Below, in pieces: positions 31,213-32,000 of a stretch of 32,000 nt of DNA. A program made the translations under genes and the position numbers. Source of the stretch: Acholeplasma laidlawii PG-8A (lineage in GTDB: Bacteria > Bacillota_I > Bacilli_A > Acholeplasmatales > Acholeplasmataceae). Location: positions 1,380,001 through 1,412,000 of the forward strand of contig NC_010163.1 of NCBI RefSeq assembly GCF_000018785.1, written 5' to 3'. The first letter of the stretch is position 1. Each line of letters opens with the position of its first letter. Below the pieces are notes generated by a model. The model was given only the letters and a program-made list of their open reading frames with translations, was not told the DNA's origin and did no database searches.

Positions 31213-32000
31213 TTATGCGACTGAAACTGTTAGAGTAACATTTTCAGAACTATTATTAAATAAGGATGCAACTGTTAAAGAAACGTTGATTTTACCACCT
31301 TGATTCCATGAGTAAGTATTTAAGTTTAATGTACCACTTGTAAGTAGGTCACTTTGCTTAATGGAACCATTACCTGGAATTGAGTTGTTTTTATCTGCTT
31401 CTAAGATTTGATTGATGAAACTTGAAGCACCTTCGTTATTATTTCTAAAGTATTCTCCCCAAAATACCGGGTTAGATGTAAGTCTTGCATCAATATGATA
31501 CACTACAATACCCGCATTACTTGGAATATATTCTAATCCCGAATGTGCACTATATAATCCGTTTGGTGTATAGAACATAACAAGTAAATATTCGTCAAAT
31601 GCATTACCATCATTTAAATCACTTGAGTTAAACGGAATTAATAATGTACTGTTTAAACCATCTGTATCTGTTGAGTAACTATCAAGTGTTACTTGATAAG
31701 TTCCTTTTTGAGCTACAAGTGGTTGTAACCAACCAAATACTAATTTATTAAATGGACCATGATCACCTGCATTATAATCCATCATGTCAAATCCACCCAT
31801 TGGTCCATATTGGTTGTTGCCTTCATATGGATAGAAATCTACTATACCCATTAAGTGACCAAGTTCATGAATGTATGTTTCACTGTTTAATATGAGATCA
31901 CTATTTCCTGGTAATGCATCATTCATGAAATCATAACTTGCCCAGAAATAGTATTCAAAGTTTTTACCATCTAATTCACTAACGCTACCAACGATATCTG
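31213..32000 (-). CDS. Secreted zinc metalloprotease (HExxH; M6/InhA-like), 5' end outside the window
   Basis: HELGHLMGIVDFY zinc motif. Own translation shows the frame stays open upstream of the track Met (…DIVGSVSELDGKNFEYYFWASYDFMNDALPG) to position 32000. Confidence 0.6.
   Translation of the reverse strand, partial: DIVGSVSELDGKNFEYYFWASYDFMNDALPGNSDLILNSETYIHELGHLMGIVDFYPYEGNNQYGPMGGFDMMDYNAGDHGPFNKLVFGWLQPLVAQKGTYQVTLDSYSTDTDGLNSTLLIPFNSSDLNDGNAFDEYLLVMFYTPNGLYSAHSGLEYIPSNAGIVVYHIDARLTSNPVFWGEYFRNNNEGASSFINQILEADKNNSIPGNGSIKQSDLLTSGTLNLNTYSWNQGGKINVSLTVASLFNNSSENVTLTVSVA

Overview
Low-GC chromosome segment that uses the standard genetic code (TGA acts as a stop). Gene content looks Firmicutes/Mollicutes-like and most resembles an Acholeplasma-type organism; that assignment is inference only. 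Most of the window is housekeeping. Plus strand: a polar amino-acid ABC transporter, a YerC/TrpR-like protein, ispA, and purA-purB. Minus strand: a PAS-GGDEF cyclase, two paralogous aldehyde dehydrogenases, a CaCA antiporter, and a long co-directional block (mini pcrA-like helicase, ligA, uvrA, membrane protein, hprK, lgt::ppaX fusion, trxB, whiA, acpS, membrane-anchored protein, tex, tRNA-Ser, tRNA-Glu). The unusual part is about 12.9-16.7 kb, which shows several rearrangement scars. A BspA-like LRR lipoprotein gene ends where the second aldehyde dehydrogenase loses its 5' end. A C-terminal fragment of an HD/HD-GYP-type gene follows. The 3' end of tRNA-Glu plus its terminator is duplicated 2307 bp downstream of the intact gene. 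These direct repeats bracket a very AT-rich insert of about 2.3 kb. The insert has no integrase but carries an overlapping two-gene operon: a 311-aa protein with tandem winged-helix-like modules, and a 251-aa protein with one such module plus a DUF4145/HEPN-like C-terminal domain. I rank this cassette as the best candidate for an undescribed defence, abortive-infection or toxin-like system. Other points are a purA frameshift, an Lgt-PpaX fusion, a RibBA whose DHBP-synthase domain has lost its acidic loop, and a 680-bp non-coding gap. I saw no CRISPR array, rRNA, IS element or integrase.
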